A stretch of 64,000 nt of DNA from an uncultured bacterium (GTDB lineage: Bacteria > Actinomycetota > Acidimicrobiia > Spongiisociales > UBA5794), in contig CAWDDT010000011.1 of assembly GCA_963801165.1 (NCBI GenBank), positions 62,383 through 126,382 of the forward strand. The letters run 5' to 3'. Of this stretch, positions 30,256 through 41,280 are shown one piece after another. The notes beneath the pieces are model-generated. The model was not told where the DNA came from. It searched no databases and worked only from the letters and a program-made list of their open reading frames with translations. Position 1 is the stretch's first letter. The number at the start of each line of letters is the position of its first letter. The position numbers and the translations under genes are program-made.

Positions 30256-32436
30256 CTACACCTTCTCGAGCGGTGCCAGTTCCAGGTGGAGATGCTTGGT
30301 GCCGAGTTCGGCGAACTCCACGATCGCTTCAACGCCTGCGACGCGGCGAATCGTCCCTTCGCCCCATTTGGCGTGACGCACGCGATCACCCTCAACCAAC
30401 TCGCTCGCCTTGACGGTTGGTCGTGCCCGCAGATCGCCCCCCCGGTATGCGGTGCCCGTCGGCTTCGGGCGCTTTCTGGCGTCGACAACCAGGCTTTGCG
30501 GCACTTCCTTCAGAAAGCGGCTCGGCGGGTTGTAGTTGTTCGTTCCGAACATGTTCCTCGACCACGCCCGGCTCAGGAACAGACGCTCCATGGCCCGGGT
30601 GATGCCCACATAGCAAAGCCGCCGCTCCTCCTCGAGCTCGGCCGGGTCGCCAAGCGAGCGCATATGCGGGAACACCCCGTCCTCCATGCCGACAATAAAC
30701 ACAACGGGAAACTCGAGACCCTTGGCGTTGTGCAGCGTCATCAGAGTGACGACGTCCGACTCTTCGAAGGAGTCGACGTCTGTGACGAGGCTGATCGACT
30801 CCAGGAAGAGCTCGGTTTTGCGCAGCCCGTCGAGCCCGGACCACTCCGCACGGCCGAACGACACAGGACCGTTCTCCTCGAAGTCCTCCGCAGCAGAGAC
30901 CAGCTCCCGCAAGTTCTCCTCCCGGCCCATCGCTTCGACAGAGCGCTCACTCCTAATCATGTCGAGATACCCGGTCTCCGACAGGACGGCCTCGAGGGCC
31001 GCGGTGGGGCCCTGCTCGGCGAGGAAGGTGAGGTGATCGATCAGCGCTACAAAGTCGAGCATCGCCTTCTGTGCTCGCGTGGAGAGCCGGGCGTTGTCGC
31101 CTGCGGTGCGGAGCGCTTCGAAGAACGACACGCTCGTCGTCTCGGCGTGGCGATCCGCATGGGCGACGCTGGTAGATCCGATAGCGCGTTTTGGCACATT
31201 GACGATCCTCTTGGCGGCCACCGTGTCATCGGGATTGGCGACCACTCTGAGGTACGCAAGGACATCCTTGACTTCGCGTCTGTCGTAGTACTTGACCCCG
31301 CCCACCACCTGGTAGGGCTGGGCGTGGTTGACAAAGGTCTCCTCGAGGACACGGCTCTGGGCGTTGGTCCTGTAGAAGACGGCAACGTCCGAGGCCGGCC
31401 TCCCCTGTGCCCTGAGGTCGGCCACCGTCTCGGCGACGAACGCGGCCTCGTCGTGCTCATCCTCGGCCTCATAGGCAGTGATCTTCTCGCCGTGGCCAAA
31501 CTCGGTCCACAGCCGTTTCGGCTTGCGGTTGGGGTTGTTGGCGATGACGGCGTTGGCGGCCTGCAGGATGGTCTCGGTGGAGCGGTAGTTCTGCTCGAGC
31601 ATGACGATCTGGGCGTCGGGAAAGTCCTTCTCGAACTCGTTGATGTTGCGAATGTCGGCGCCCCGAAAGCGATAGATACTCTGGTCACCGTCGCCGACTA
31701 CACAGAGGTTCTGGTGTTTCTGGGTGAGCAGGCGCACCAGCACGTATTGGGCGTGGTTGGTGTCCTGGTACTCGTCGACCAGCACGTACCGGAATCGCTC
31801 CTGGTAGCGCTCTAGAACGTCCGGGAAGGCCCGGAAGAGATCCACGGTGAGCATCAGCAGATCGTCGAAATCCATCGCGGACGCCTCCACAAGACGTTGC
31901 TGATAGAGCCGGTAAACGTCGGCGGCCTTCTCGTGATAGAAGCCGGAGTCGGACGAGGCGAAGCTCTCGTAGTCGATCAGCTCGTTCTTGGCGTTCGAGA
32001 TGGCGGCACGCAGACTGCGGGGCGGGAACCGCTTCGGATCGAGGTCGAGGTCTTTCACACACATGGTGACGAGACGCAACGAGTCGGCGGAATCGTAGAT
32101 GGAGAACGAGCTGCGGTACCCGAGCCGGTGCGCCTCGCGACGCAGAATCCTGCTGCAGGCACTATGAAAAGTCGAGACCCACATGTCACGAGCGACGCTG
32201 CCTACAAGAGCCTCTACCCGGTCCTTCATCTCGGCCGCGGCTTTGTTGGTGAAGGTTATGGCCAGGATCGCAAACGGCGAGACGTTGTGGTCACGGACCA
32301 GGTGGGCGACCCGCCGCGTCAGCACGCGGGTCTTACCCGACCCGGCACCTGCAACGACCAGCAACGGCCCGTCGACCGCGGCGACGGCATGGCGTTGCGC
32401 AGGGTTGAGGCCCTCGAGCAATGGAAAATCGGGCAT
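30256..32436 (-). CDS. pcrA: ATP-dependent DNA helicase PcrA/UvrD family
   Basis: [12 protein letters not shown] (Walker A), [29 protein letters not shown], and a C-terminal Tudor-like tail. Confidence 0.9.
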   Translation of the reverse strand: MPDFPLLEGLNPAQRHAVAAVDGPLLVVAGAGSGKTRVLTRRVAHLVRDHNVSPFAILAITFTNKAAAEMKDRVEALVGSVARDMWVSTFHSACSRILRREAHRLGYRSSFSIYDSADSLRLVTMCVKDLDLDPKRFPPRSLRAAISNAKNELIDYESFASSDSGFYHEKAADVYRLYQQRLVEASAMDFDDLLMLTVDLFRAFPDVLERYQERFRYVLVDEYQDTNHAQYVLVRLLTQKHQNLCVVGDGDQSIYRFRGADIRNINEFEKDFPDAQIVMLEQNYRSTETILQAANAVIANNPNRKPKRLWTEFGHGEKITAYEAEDEHDEAAFVAETVADLRAQGRPASDVAVFYRTNAQSRVLEETFVNHAQPYQVVGGVKYYDRREVKDVLAYLRVVANPDDTVAAKRIVNVPKRAIGSTSVAHADRHAETTSVSFFEALRTAGDNARLSTRAQKAMLDFVALIDHLTFLAEQGPTAALEAVLSETGYLDMIRSERSVEAMGREENLRELVSAAEDFEENGPVSFGRAEWSGLDGLRKTELFLESISLVTDVDSFEESDVVTLMTLHNAKGLEFPVVFIVGMEDGVFPHMRSLGDPAELEEERRLCYVGITRAMERLFLSRAWSRNMFGTNNYNPPSRFLKEVPQSLVVDARKRPKPTGTAYRGGDLRARPTVKASELVEGDRVRHAKWGEGTIRRVAGVEAIVEFAELGTKHLHLELAPLEKV

Positions 32437-32499
32437 GGACGCCGAGTATACGAGGATCCGCCTCTCGCGCTTACAGCCATGTAATTAAACCCACTGAGC

Positions 32500-33015
32500 C
32501 TATGTCAGGTCGCTCCCCGCTACCAGCACCTGAGTGCCTGCTACCAGGTCATGAACACCACGTCGGCCCAGGAGACTCGGGCCCGCAGCGGCGACGAGCA
32601 GGACCAGAGAGACAACCGGAAACAGCACCGCAGGCAGGGATGGCTCCTGGTCGGCCGCGATCAGGATGGCACCCATGTGGCCGAACTGCCAAGGGAGAAG
32701 CTTGATCGTATTTCGAAGCACAACGGCAGATGGCCGCGGCGATGCATGGTCGAGATCGAACACCGCCAATTGCTCGCGTCGCTTTCCCCATGTGGCGTGG
32801 CCATGGCCCGCCTCGGTGGCCACGAGGTAGGCGAGAAAGGGAATCACGGTAACCAGAGCGATGACGATGTCGGACAAAACAACGTTCTCTTGCATCCAAC
32901 CGAGATGAAGCCACCCCAACAACGAAGGCAAACCGATTAGGAGAAACGACGCCCCAAGCAAACCCAGGACCACCAGGTAATCCCACAGCCATGAGCGAAT
33001 CCGGCGCGCGATCAT
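32500..33015 (-). CDS. Small integral membrane protein, RDD-family-like
   Basis: 171 aa with three or four hydrophobic helices and an N-terminal RRIRSWLWDYLV. The family call is tentative. Confidence 0.5.
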   Translation of the reverse strand: MIARRIRSWLWDYLVVLGLLGASFLLIGLPSLLGWLHLGWMQENVVLSDIVIALVTVIPFLAYLVATEAGHGHATWGKRREQLAVFDLDHASPRPSAVVLRNTIKLLPWQFGHMGAILIAADQEPSLPAVLFPVVSLVLLVAAAGPSLLGRRGVHDLVAGTQVLVAGSDLT

Positions 33016-33048
33016 CGGTGCAGGCTAACCCGCAATCCACGGCGGCGT

Positions 33049-35433
33049 CTACGCCTCGAACTCAGAGCCGAGCAGCTCGCGCAGTTGGGCAGCAAGCGCC
33101 CCCTCGCGGAAGTCGGCTTTCTCGAAGAACGCGTTGACACCGGCTTCGAGAGCCCGCTGCTGATCCTCGACTTTGGCGACACCCGAGAGCATCACGATCG
33201 GGATCTGAATGCCCGCATGCCTCACCTTGCGAACGAGCTCGACCCCGTCCTGGGCCGGCATCGAGAAATCCACCACGAGGGCATCGATGTGCTGCTCGTT
33301 GAGGATCTCCATCGCTTCGAAGGCGCTCTCTGCGACACTGGTGCTGAAACCGCTCGACGCCAGCGACCCGGCGATGACTGCGCGCGCACCGTGGGAATCG
33401 TCGACGACGAGAATCCGGGCCCGGGGGGCCACCGGCTGCGGTACGGCCTGGCACAGCTGCACGACGGCACCGGCATCGAGGACGAGCACGACGTCGCCTC
33501 CACCCATGAGTGCCGCTCCGGTTACGTGTGAGGGACCGGAAACCAGCGGGCCGAGCTCCTTGGCGGCGACCTCGCGGATACCGAGCACGTCGTTGAGGGT
33601 CAATGCGGCCACGCCCGCCCGGTGCGACAGGATGACCACCTCGGTCGGCGACCGGCCGTCTGTGGCGCCAACCACGCCGGCGATCGGAGCCAGTGGTATC
33701 TCCGTTCCTTCGTGAACTACGATCTCTCTGCCATTACTCGAGCGAATCTGGGCATCTTCGATCGGGATCATCGCATCGATGACGGCCTCGGGAATACCCC
33801 ACTTCATCCCGCCGGAGTCGACAATGAGCACACGCTGCAAGTCGCGCACCGTCGGCACGACCAGCGTCACCGTTGTGCCTAACCCCTCTGTCGAGTCGAT
33901 GCGGATCCGCCCGTACAGCGACTCGACCGCATCGGCGACGTTCGACAGACCTGCACCGACGCTGTTGAGCTCGTCTCCCGCCTTGGTCGTAAAGCCCGGG
34001 AAGAACAGGATCGGACGCAGTGTCTCGACGTCGATCGAACTATCGGGGGCGATCAGACCCTGGCCTACCGCAAGCTCATGAACCATCCGGAAGTCGATAC
34101 CGGCTCCGTCGTCTTTCACCACGACTTCGAAGCTCGCACCGCGCCGTGCCAGCGACACGGAGATGACCCCGGTCGCCGCCTTTCCTGCCGCCTCCCTGTC
34201 GCCGGGTGATTCGATCCCGTGGTTGACCGCGTTGACGATCAGCTGGCGCACCGGATCGGAGATCTTGTCGAGCACCTGCCGGTCCACATCGAGATCCTCT
34301 GCCGCCGATATCTCAAAACGGATCTCCTTGCCGAGTTTCTTGGCCAGGTACCTGACGAGCTGGGGCAGGGTGTTGGTCATCTGCCGCACCGGCACCGCCC
34401 CGAGTTCCATGGCGTTCATCTCGAGTGCCGATGTCGCCTTCACGAGATCGGACATGTGCTCGATCATGTCGACGGTCACCTGCGTCGAGTACCTCATGTC
34501 CCCGAGCATCGAGTCGAGCTCGACACGCATGCTGGCCACGTAGTTGATCAGGCGGTACAGCCGGCCGGCACTCACCTGGATCGTCTGACCCGACGCCCAA
34601 TTCTCCAGGGCGCCAAGAAGCCCACCGAGATCAGGCCCGTAGACCTCCGGATCCACCATCGGTTGCACCGAGCCTATGAGCTCGGGTGATACCGATCCCG
34701 GGTCGCGGTAAGCGGGCACCGCCGGCGACTCGACCGTGCGGGCAGTCGGCGGGGCAGCTTGCGGCACCGGCATTGGAGGTCGGGCGGCTTGGGCAGGTTC
34801 GGGCACCTGGCGAGGAGCCACCACGGGAGGTGGTTCGGGAGCGCGGAACGTGGATTGGGGTGGAGCCGCGACCGGGGGCGGTTCGGGTGCAGCCATCCTG
34901 GGCAGCTGGACGACCTCGGCAATCGGCCCGTCTGGTTCCGGATCCGGCTCTGGCACCAAATCTCGCACCTCGGATGGGCTCGGCTCCGGGGTGGCGGGCT
35001 GCGGCGCAGGAGAAGGAGCGTCGCCCCCCGCCGGCGCGGCATCTCCAAGCACATAGCCGGTAGCGCGATTCAGCGTCTCCATCGCTGCGACCATCTCCGG
35101 GCTGCCCGATCCGGGGTCGGCACTGGTAGCGCCCTCGAGCGTCTCGGCGAGAGCGACCAGGCTCCGACCCAGGTTGGGATACGGCTCGATTTCCCCGGAT
35201 TTGACCGCACGCCAGAGGTCTTCGATCATCTTTCCGGCATCCGAGATCGCCTCGAAGCCCATGACCCGTGCGGTGCCTTTGATAGTGTGGCCTTCGCGCA
35301 GCATGGTGCCGGCCATCTCGCTGTCGACACCGCCTTTTTGCATGGCCTTGCCACCCTCGATGAGCCGCGCAGAACGCTCCGTTACCTCATCGAGGAACAT
35401 CTGAAGAAGTTCTGGATCTGCGCTCCAACTCAC
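33049..35433 (-). CDS. CheA-like hybrid histidine kinase (Hpt - Pro-rich linker - HATPase - CheW-like - receiver)
   Basis: Hpt site REGHTIKGTARVMGF. ATPase boxes NAVNHGIE, VKDDGAGID and GAGLSNV. A CheW-like region, then the receiver RILVVDDSHGARAV...DALVVDFSMPAQDG. Confidence 0.8.
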   Translation of the reverse strand: MSWSADPELLQMFLDEVTERSARLIEGGKAMQKGGVDSEMAGTMLREGHTIKGTARVMGFEAISDAGKMIEDLWRAVKSGEIEPYPNLGRSLVALAETLEGATSADPGSGSPEMVAAMETLNRATGYVLGDAAPAGGDAPSPAPQPATPEPSPSEVRDLVPEPDPEPDGPIAEVVQLPRMAAPEPPPVAAPPQSTFRAPEPPPVVAPRQVPEPAQAARPPMPVPQAAPPTARTVESPAVPAYRDPGSVSPELIGSVQPMVDPEVYGPDLGGLLGALENWASGQTIQVSAGRLYRLINYVASMRVELDSMLGDMRYSTQVTVDMIEHMSDLVKATSALEMNAMELGAVPVRQMTNTLPQLVRYLAKKLGKEIRFEISAAEDLDVDRQVLDKISDPVRQLIVNAVNHGIESPGDREAAGKAATGVISVSLARRGASFEVVVKDDGAGIDFRMVHELAVGQGLIAPDSSIDVETLRPILFFPGFTTKAGDELNSVGAGLSNVADAVESLYGRIRIDSTEGLGTTVTLVVPTVRDLQRVLIVDSGGMKWGIPEAVIDAMIPIEDAQIRSSNGREIVVHEGTEIPLAPIAGVVGATDGRSPTEVVILSHRAGVAALTLNDVLGIREVAAKELGPLVSGPSHVTGAALMGGGDVVLVLDAGAVVQLCQAVPQPVAPRARILVVDDSHGARAVIAGSLASSGFSTSVAESAFEAMEILNEQHIDALVVDFSMPAQDGVELVRKVRHAGIQIPIVMLSGVAKVEDQQRALEAGVNAFFEKADFREGALAAQLRELLGSEFEA

Positions 35434-35506
35434 GTTCGAAGCCCTTCCGGCGCCCGCATACGCTGGCTATCGTCCCGGGCGAATAATCCCTTGAGTTATT
35501 GCTCTG

Positions 35507-37075
35507 CTACTCCCACTCTATCGTCGCCGGCGGCTTCGAGGAGATGTCGTACGCCACTCGATTCACTCCCGGTACCTCATTGATGATCCGGGTGGACATC
35601 CGTTCGAGCACCTCGTAGGGGATTCGAGCCCAGTCCGCGGTCATGGCGTCTTCACTGGTGACTGCCCTGATGATGATGGGATACGCATAGGTGCGCCCGT
35701 CTCCCTGCACACCGACCGATTTAATGGCAGGCAACACGGCGAAGCTCTGCCACAGCTCGTTGTAGAGGCCGGCTCGCTGCACCTCCTCGAGCACGATCGC
35801 ATCAGCGGCTCTGAGGATGTCGAGACGCTCTCTCGTCACCTCACCGACGATACGGACAGCCAATCCGGGTCCCGGGAACGGCTGGCGCCACACGATCTCC
35901 TCGGGGATCCCCAGCTCCTCACCAACTGCGCGCACCTCGTCCTTGAACAGATCACGCAGCGGCTCGACCAGGCTCAGCTCCATGTCGTCGGGCAGCCCCC
36001 CGACGTTGTGATGGCTCTTGATCTTGGCGGCGTCGGCCGTCCCCGACTCGATTACGTCTGGATACAGGGTGCCCTGCACGAGGAAACGGGCGTCGCTTAT
36101 CTCGGCGGCCACCTCCTCGAACACCCTGATGAAGGTCTCGCCGATGATCTTGCGTTTCTGCTCAGGCTCGGTGACGCCGGCAAGCGCCTCGAGAAACCGA
36201 TCCTCCGCCTTCACGTGGACGAGGTTCATGTGAAAGTTGGAACGGAACGTCGCTTCAACCTGCTCGGCCTCGTCTTTGCGAAGCAGGCCGTGGTCGACGA
36301 ACACGCACACGAGTTGGTCACCGATCGCCTTGTGCACCAGCGCAGCCGCCACCGACGAGTCGACACCACCGGACAGACCGCAAACAGCCATCCCCGTTTG
36401 CACCGTTTGCCGGACGGCCTCGACCGATTGCTCGATGATGCCGGCGTGGGTCCACAGCGGCCGGGCGCTGCACGCCTCGTACAGGAAATGCTTCAGTATC
36501 TCCTGGCCACGATCGGTGTGGACGACCTCGGGGTGGAACTGCACGCCGAAAAGCCCTCGCCCGACGTCTTCCATGGCGGCAACGGGCGAATCGGCGGTCG
36601 CCGCGATGATCGCAAATCCGGGTGGTGCGGCGATAACGGCATCACGGTGACTCATCCATACAGCCTGCTCCTCCGGTAGACCACGGAGCAGCAGCGAGCT
36701 TTCTCCGATCGTCAGAGCGGCGCGGCCGTACTCGGCGACGTCGTTACGTGCGACCCGGCCACCGAGGTTGTGGGCGATCACCTGGTGCCCGTAGCAGATC
36801 CCGAGGGTGGGGATCCCGAGCTCGAGGATCGCCGGGTCGATCGAATAGGCATCCTCGGCGTATACCGACGCCGGTCCGCCCGACAGGATGATGCCGACCG
36901 GGGCCAAACGGCGGACCTCCGCTGCGGTGATGGTGCGAGGGACGATCTCGGATAGCACGTGCGCCTCGCGCACTCTTCTTGCGATCAGCTGAGCGTATTG
37001 GGCACCGAAGTCGACGACCAGCACCCGGTCGAAGTCACCGGCGGAGGCCTGTCCGGCCGGATCGGTCATCGTCAC
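35507..37075 (-). CDS. guaA: GMP synthase (glutamine-hydrolysing)
   Basis: GICYGHQ (GATase Cys), [10 protein letters not shown] (PP-loop), C-terminal [11 protein letters not shown]. Confidence 0.93.
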   Translation of the reverse strand: MTMTDPAGQASAGDFDRVLVVDFGAQYAQLIARRVREAHVLSEIVPRTITAAEVRRLAPVGIILSGGPASVYAEDAYSIDPAILELGIPTLGICYGHQVIAHNLGGRVARNDVAEYGRAALTIGESSLLLRGLPEEQAVWMSHRDAVIAAPPGFAIIAATADSPVAAMEDVGRGLFGVQFHPEVVHTDRGQEILKHFLYEACSARPLWTHAGIIEQSVEAVRQTVQTGMAVCGLSGGVDSSVAAALVHKAIGDQLVCVFVDHGLLRKDEAEQVEATFRSNFHMNLVHVKAEDRFLEALAGVTEPEQKRKIIGETFIRVFEEVAAEISDARFLVQGTLYPDVIESGTADAAKIKSHHNVGGLPDDMELSLVEPLRDLFKDEVRAVGEELGIPEEIVWRQPFPGPGLAVRIVGEVTRERLDILRAADAIVLEEVQRAGLYNELWQSFAVLPAIKSVGVQGDGRTYAYPIIIRAVTSEDAMTADWARIPYEVLERMSTRIINEVPGVNRVAYDISSKPPATIEWE

Positions 37076-38229
37076 CCCATCCCCACGTGCTGGCTCTTCT
37101 GCAGCGCTTTTCCCTCGCTCTGGAGTGCAGGTGCCACCATGACCTCAGCTTTCTGGAACTCCTTGACGTTGGCGTACCCGGTAGTAGCCATCGAGACCCG
37201 GAGCGCTCCGAACAGGTTGCGTCGGCCGTCGTTCTCGTGTGCCGGGCCGACCAGGATCTCCTCGAGCGTCCCCAACTCGCCCGTCTTCACCCTGGTCCCC
37301 CGGGGCAGCGTTGGGTGGAAAGTCGCCATGCCCCAGTGATTACCCCGGGCGGGAGCCTCGGTCGCAGCAGTGAGCGGCGAGCCGAGCATCACGGAGTCGG
37401 CTCCGCAGGCGATCGCTTTGGCGATATCTCCACCGGTCCGCATCCCGCCGTCGGCAATGACGTGGACGTAGCGGCCACTCTCCTCGAGATATCTAGTCCT
37501 GGCACCCACGGCATCGGCGATGGCGGTCGCCTGCGGCACACCGATACCGAGCACACCGCGCGACGTACACGCAGCACCTGGCCCTACCCCCACCAGAACC
37601 CCGACCGCCCCGGTTCGCATCAGGTGCAACGCCCCTGAGTAGGAGGCAACGCCGCCAACGATCACCGGCACCGGTGACCCGGCAATGAACTTGAACAGAT
37701 CGAGCGGCTCCGACCGGCTCGAGACGTGCTCGGCGGACACCACGGTGCCCTGCACCACGAGAATGTCGAGACCTGCATCGAGGGCGTGCTTGTGCCAGCG
37801 CTCCACGTTCTGCGGCGTGAGGCTCGCCGCTACCAGCACACCACCCGCCTTGATCTCCTCGACGCGCCGACCGATGAGCTCGGGCTTGACCGGCTCCTGG
37901 TAGAGCTTCTGAATGACGGCAGTCGCTTCGTCGGCGGGAGCGGCGCCGATCTGCTCGTAGATCGGCATCGGATCGTCGTAGCGGGTCCACAGGCCTTCGA
38001 GGTTGAGCACCGCCAAACCACCGATCTTGCCGATCTTGATGGCCGTGGTCGGGCTGACGGCTGAATCCATCGCCGCCCCCATCATGGGCAGGTCGAACGT
38101 GAAAGCATCCATCTCCCACGACAGATCGACGTCTTCAGGGTCACGGGTGCGGCGCGACGGTACGATCGCGATGTCGTCGAAGCCCCAGGCGCGACGGCCC
38201 GATTTGGCTATACCGATCTCGATTTCCAC
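37072..38229 (-). CDS. IMP dehydrogenase-family protein without CBS pair (GuaB3-like)
   Basis: GTG at 38229 preceded by GGAGGA at about 5-6 nt ([28 protein letters not shown]...). TIM-barrel motifs [15 protein letters not shown] and GADSVMLG. 4-nt overlap with guaA. Confidence 0.8.
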   Translation of the reverse strand: MEIEIGIAKSGRRAWGFDDIAIVPSRRTRDPEDVDLSWEMDAFTFDLPMMGAAMDSAVSPTTAIKIGKIGGLAVLNLEGLWTRYDDPMPIYEQIGAAPADEATAVIQKLYQEPVKPELIGRRVEEIKAGGVLVAASLTPQNVERWHKHALDAGLDILVVQGTVVSAEHVSSRSEPLDLFKFIAGSPVPVIVGGVASYSGALHLMRTGAVGVLVGVGPGAACTSRGVLGIGVPQATAIADAVGARTRYLEESGRYVHVIADGGMRTGGDIAKAIACGADSVMLGSPLTAATEAPARGNHWGMATFHPTLPRGTRVKTGELGTLEEILVGPAHENDGRRNLFGALRVSMATTGYANVKEFQKAEVMVAPALQSEGKALQKSQHVGMG

Positions 38230-38541
38230 GGGATTCCTCCACGTTTGATGCCAGCTCGCGGCAGCGTAACAGGCGCCCGTACGCTGCGCCTGGATCACAG
38301 TTGCAGATCACAATTGCAGATTGTCGGATCGCTCGATCATCCTGACAATGCAGCGATTGCGGCGTTGAAACTCCTCACGAATTCGGTGAAAGGCCGTCAG
38401 CGGTGGCTCCGGGGCACATTGCGGAATCGAGCGACTCCTCCTCCCCAATCCGTGGATCCAGGCGGCGCCTGAGCCTTGTACTTTTCGTCAATGACACCGG
38501 CTATGGAATCGGTACCAATCGGGTGGGGTAAGCTCGCGTCC

Positions 38542-40176
38542 ATGGCACTACGTACTCGCAGCCTGGACAAGCTGGATAACGGATCATTCGACGTTTTGGT
38601 AGTGGGCGGCGGCATCAACGGCGCCGTGTCGGCGGCCGTGCTCGCCGGCCGGGGAGCGTCGGTCGCCCTTATCGACCGGGGCGATTTTGGAGCCTTCACC
38701 AGCCAGGCGTCGTCCAACCTGGTCTGGGGCGGTTTCAAGTACCTCGAAAGCTACGAGCTGTTCCTCGTTCGCAAGCTGTGCCTCTCCCGCAACCGGCTGA
38801 TCAGGGCATATCCCGACAACGTGAAACCCATCCCCTTTCTGGCTGCGCTCGATCACGGCTCGCCCTATCCCCCGTGGCTGGCGATCCTAGGGAGCAGTGC
38901 GTACTGGGCCATTGGTAGCTTCAAGACGCACCGGCCCCGGCTGCTCAGCGTCGAGGCGATCGAGCGAGAAGAGCCGGTCATCAGCACGACAAATGTGCGC
39001 GGTGGCATCGAGTACTACGACGCGTACCTCCGCGATAACGACTCCCGGTTCGTGTTCAGCTTCGTCCGCTCGGCGCTCGACGTAGGAGCGACCGTCGCCA
39101 ACTACGTGGCACTCATCGAGGCAGAACGAACCGACACCGGGTGGCTGGTAACCCTGGAAGATGTCGACGGTGGGGGGCGTCGGTACACGTGCCACGCCAG
39201 GATCGTCGTCAACGCCACGGGCCCGTTCATCGACGGGATGAGCAAGATGCTGGGGCTCAAGACCAAACACCGTATCGTCTACTCGAAGGGGATTCATCTG
39301 ATCGTGCCTCGCCTGACGCCGAGCGAGCGAGTCCTGGCGTTCTTCGACGACACCCAACGTCTGTTTTACGTGATCCCGATGGGAAGACGCTCGGTCATCG
39401 GAACGACCGACACCCGCGTCGACGATCCGTACACCGACGCCACCAGCGACGACATCGATTTCCTGCTCGATCAGATCAATGCGCGGCTGGACCTCGATCA
39501 GCCGCTGACCACAACAGATGTCATCGCCACCCGCTCCGGCGTGCGCCCACTCGTCGTCAAGACCAACGGGAGCGACGAGCGCGACGTCGACTGGACAAAG
39601 CTCTCCCGCAAGCACGAGATCGAGCTGGACCACGGGCGCAGGGTGATATCCATCTTCGGGGGCAAGCTCACGGATTGTCTCAACGTCGGCGAGGAGGTAG
39701 CTGACGCCGTCGAGGAGTTGGGTGTACCGCTGGAGGAAGACACGGGAAACTGGTACGGAGAGCCGGCCCCGGCGACGAGGAACGAGTTCTTCCGCCAGGC
39801 GCGACTGATGAAACTGGACGACCTGCGCCACAAGCCGGATGTCGAACCGTTGTCCGACCGGCTCTGGCGCCGCTACGGCCGACGCGCCTTCGAGATGCTG
39901 GACGAGATCCGTGAGGACCCGTCGATGGGCGAGGACATCATGGAGAACGCCGACTATCTCCGCGTTGAGCTCCGGATAGCCGCCGGGACCGAGATGATCA
40001 CCAAGCTCGAGGACTTCCTCAGGCGTCGATCAAAGATCACTCAGGTGGTTCCCGAGGATGTCGTCAGGAACTCCGAGGGAATCCGCGAAGTGGCCGAGAT
40101 CCTGTTCGGAGCTACCGCCGACGAGCGTCTTGTTGAGTACTTCGGCGAGATCCCACCGGGCGCGACGAGTCGATAA
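38542..40176 (+). CDS. glpD: FAD-dependent glycerol-3-phosphate dehydrogenase
   Basis: FDVLVVGGGINGAVSAAVLAGRGASVALIDRGDFGAFTSQASSNLVWGGFKYLE. The start is uncertain: ATG 38542 is preferred and the tracked ORF begins at 38476. Confidence 0.8.
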   Translation: MALRTRSLDKLDNGSFDVLVVGGGINGAVSAAVLAGRGASVALIDRGDFGAFTSQASSNLVWGGFKYLESYELFLVRKLCLSRNRLIRAYPDNVKPIPFLAALDHGSPYPPWLAILGSSAYWAIGSFKTHRPRLLSVEAIEREEPVISTTNVRGGIEYYDAYLRDNDSRFVFSFVRSALDVGATVANYVALIEAERTDTGWLVTLEDVDGGGRRYTCHARIVVNATGPFIDGMSKMLGLKTKHRIVYSKGIHLIVPRLTPSERVLAFFDDTQRLFYVIPMGRRSVIGTTDTRVDDPYTDATSDDIDFLLDQINARLDLDQPLTTTDVIATRSGVRPLVVKTNGSDERDVDWTKLSRKHEIELDHGRRVISIFGGKLTDCLNVGEEVADAVEELGVPLEEDTGNWYGEPAPATRNEFFRQARLMKLDDLRHKPDVEPLSDRLWRRYGRRAFEMLDEIREDPSMGEDIMENADYLRVELRIAAGTEMITKLEDFLRRRSKITQVVPEDVVRNSEGIREVAEILFGATADERLVEYFGEIPPGATSR

Positions 40177-40240
40177 CCGGGTCCCAGGGTTTAGGAACCC
40201 ACGCAATCGGCCGACAGGTACCCAACCAGTGCAGGTTGTA

Positions 40241-41040
40241 ATGAAACGTGCCTTTCGAGATCCGATATTCGTCGCCCTGGCGCTGTTTGGATTGTTGGCA
40301 ACGACCGCATTGACGGACGGACGCACAACAACGAAGAAGCCGCGGCCACTCGATGGCTGGCCGAACGAGCCGAGCTGATCGAAATGGCAACCGAGGAGAC
40401 CGTCGACAACACACTGATCGATCTCACGGCCGCGGCCGCCTTTCTCGGTGCCAGCGACACGATGACCCAGGAGCGGTTCGACCGTTTTGTCGGTCGAATG
40501 GACATGAATCCGGGCGTCATCGGAATCGGCTACGTGGCCGTGGTCGATGGCCCTGACCTCAAAGCGTTCCTCGATGAATCCCGACGCGATGTCCCTTCGT
40601 TCGATTTGCTCACCTTCGACGGAAAGGGCGGCGTCACCGCGGACTACTTGCCGCGGCCCACGTACTACCCCCTTCGCTTTATTCACGGCGGGCCTCTGAT
40701 GGACGTCATCGTTTCCAAGACATCAATCGATTCTCAGATCGAGGCCCTCGGATTCGACGTGGCGACCGAATTGGACTGGTTTCAGCAATTCGAGCGAGCA
40801 ATCACCGCCCCCGGCCCGTCAGTATCCGACCTCGTCGCTATCGGTGGGCTGTTCGAAGAGCAGGCGTTTGCGGCGGCACATCCGATCCGCAACAGTGCCC
40901 CCGATTGGAGCGCACGCCGGTAGCACGTGGGGACGTGGCGAGGGTTCCTGAGGGACTCCGCGGAAGTAGCGGAGATCGTGGTCGGCGACACCGCCACCGA
41001 CCGGCTAGCTATGACAACCAGGGACGCCGTCGCTGGTCGC
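40241..41040 (+). pseudogene. Decayed CHASE-domain sensor gene (N-terminal TM + CHASE fragment; frameshift, in-frame stop, no output domain)
   Basis: MKRAFRDPIFVALALFGLLATTAL (TM) ends at TGA 40378. The CHASE-like region (GIGYVAVVDGPDLKAFL...RPTYYPLRFIHGG) continues in another frame from about 40372. TAG at 40921 interrupts the same frame, and the sequence then fades into AT-richer non-coding DNA. Confidence 0.55.
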
Positions 41041-41116
41041 GGGTGGTGTGAGGGGGAGAAATCCCAACTCTGCAACACGCTGATATCGCCTTTGCCACAA
41101 CATATATACACGAATC

Positions 41117-41136
41117 GAACGTTCTGGAACGTTCCA
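41117..41136. promoter_or_regulatory. Adjacent palindromes GAACGTTC and TGGAACGTTCCA upstream of hoxE (candidate operator)
   Basis: Read directly: GAACGTTC at 41117-41124 followed immediately by the 12-bp perfect palindrome TGGAACGTTCCA at 41125-41136. They lie about 145 nt upstream of the hoxE ATG in a locally AT-richer stretch. Confidence 0.35.
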
Positions 41137-41280
41137 ACGCTAGATGCTCACACGCAAATAGACATTGCGGCACATGCAATTTCCGCCTTCCCAACCGTCA
41201 CGAGGTGTTGGGCCTTTGTCCCCTATGGATCCTGCTCCGAGGGCACCATCGTGGGGCCTGACACCCAACTGTGAGGACCT

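Noticed and set aside
30253-31815. 520-aa + strand ORF.
   Set aside because: It is antisense to pcrA, which has full helicase motifs.
41117-41136. Canonical LexA SOS (Cheo) box.
   Set aside because: The half-sites GAAC/GTTC are present, but they abut (GAACGTTC) instead of following GAAC-N4-GTTC. The site is kept only as a generic candidate operator.
40927-41274. 115-aa ORF between the CHASE fragment and hoxE as an independent gene.
   Set aside because: It lies in the same frame as the CHASE fragment, separated only by a TAG. The second half is AT-richer with an odd composition, so it is better explained as a pseudogene tail plus the hox promoter region.
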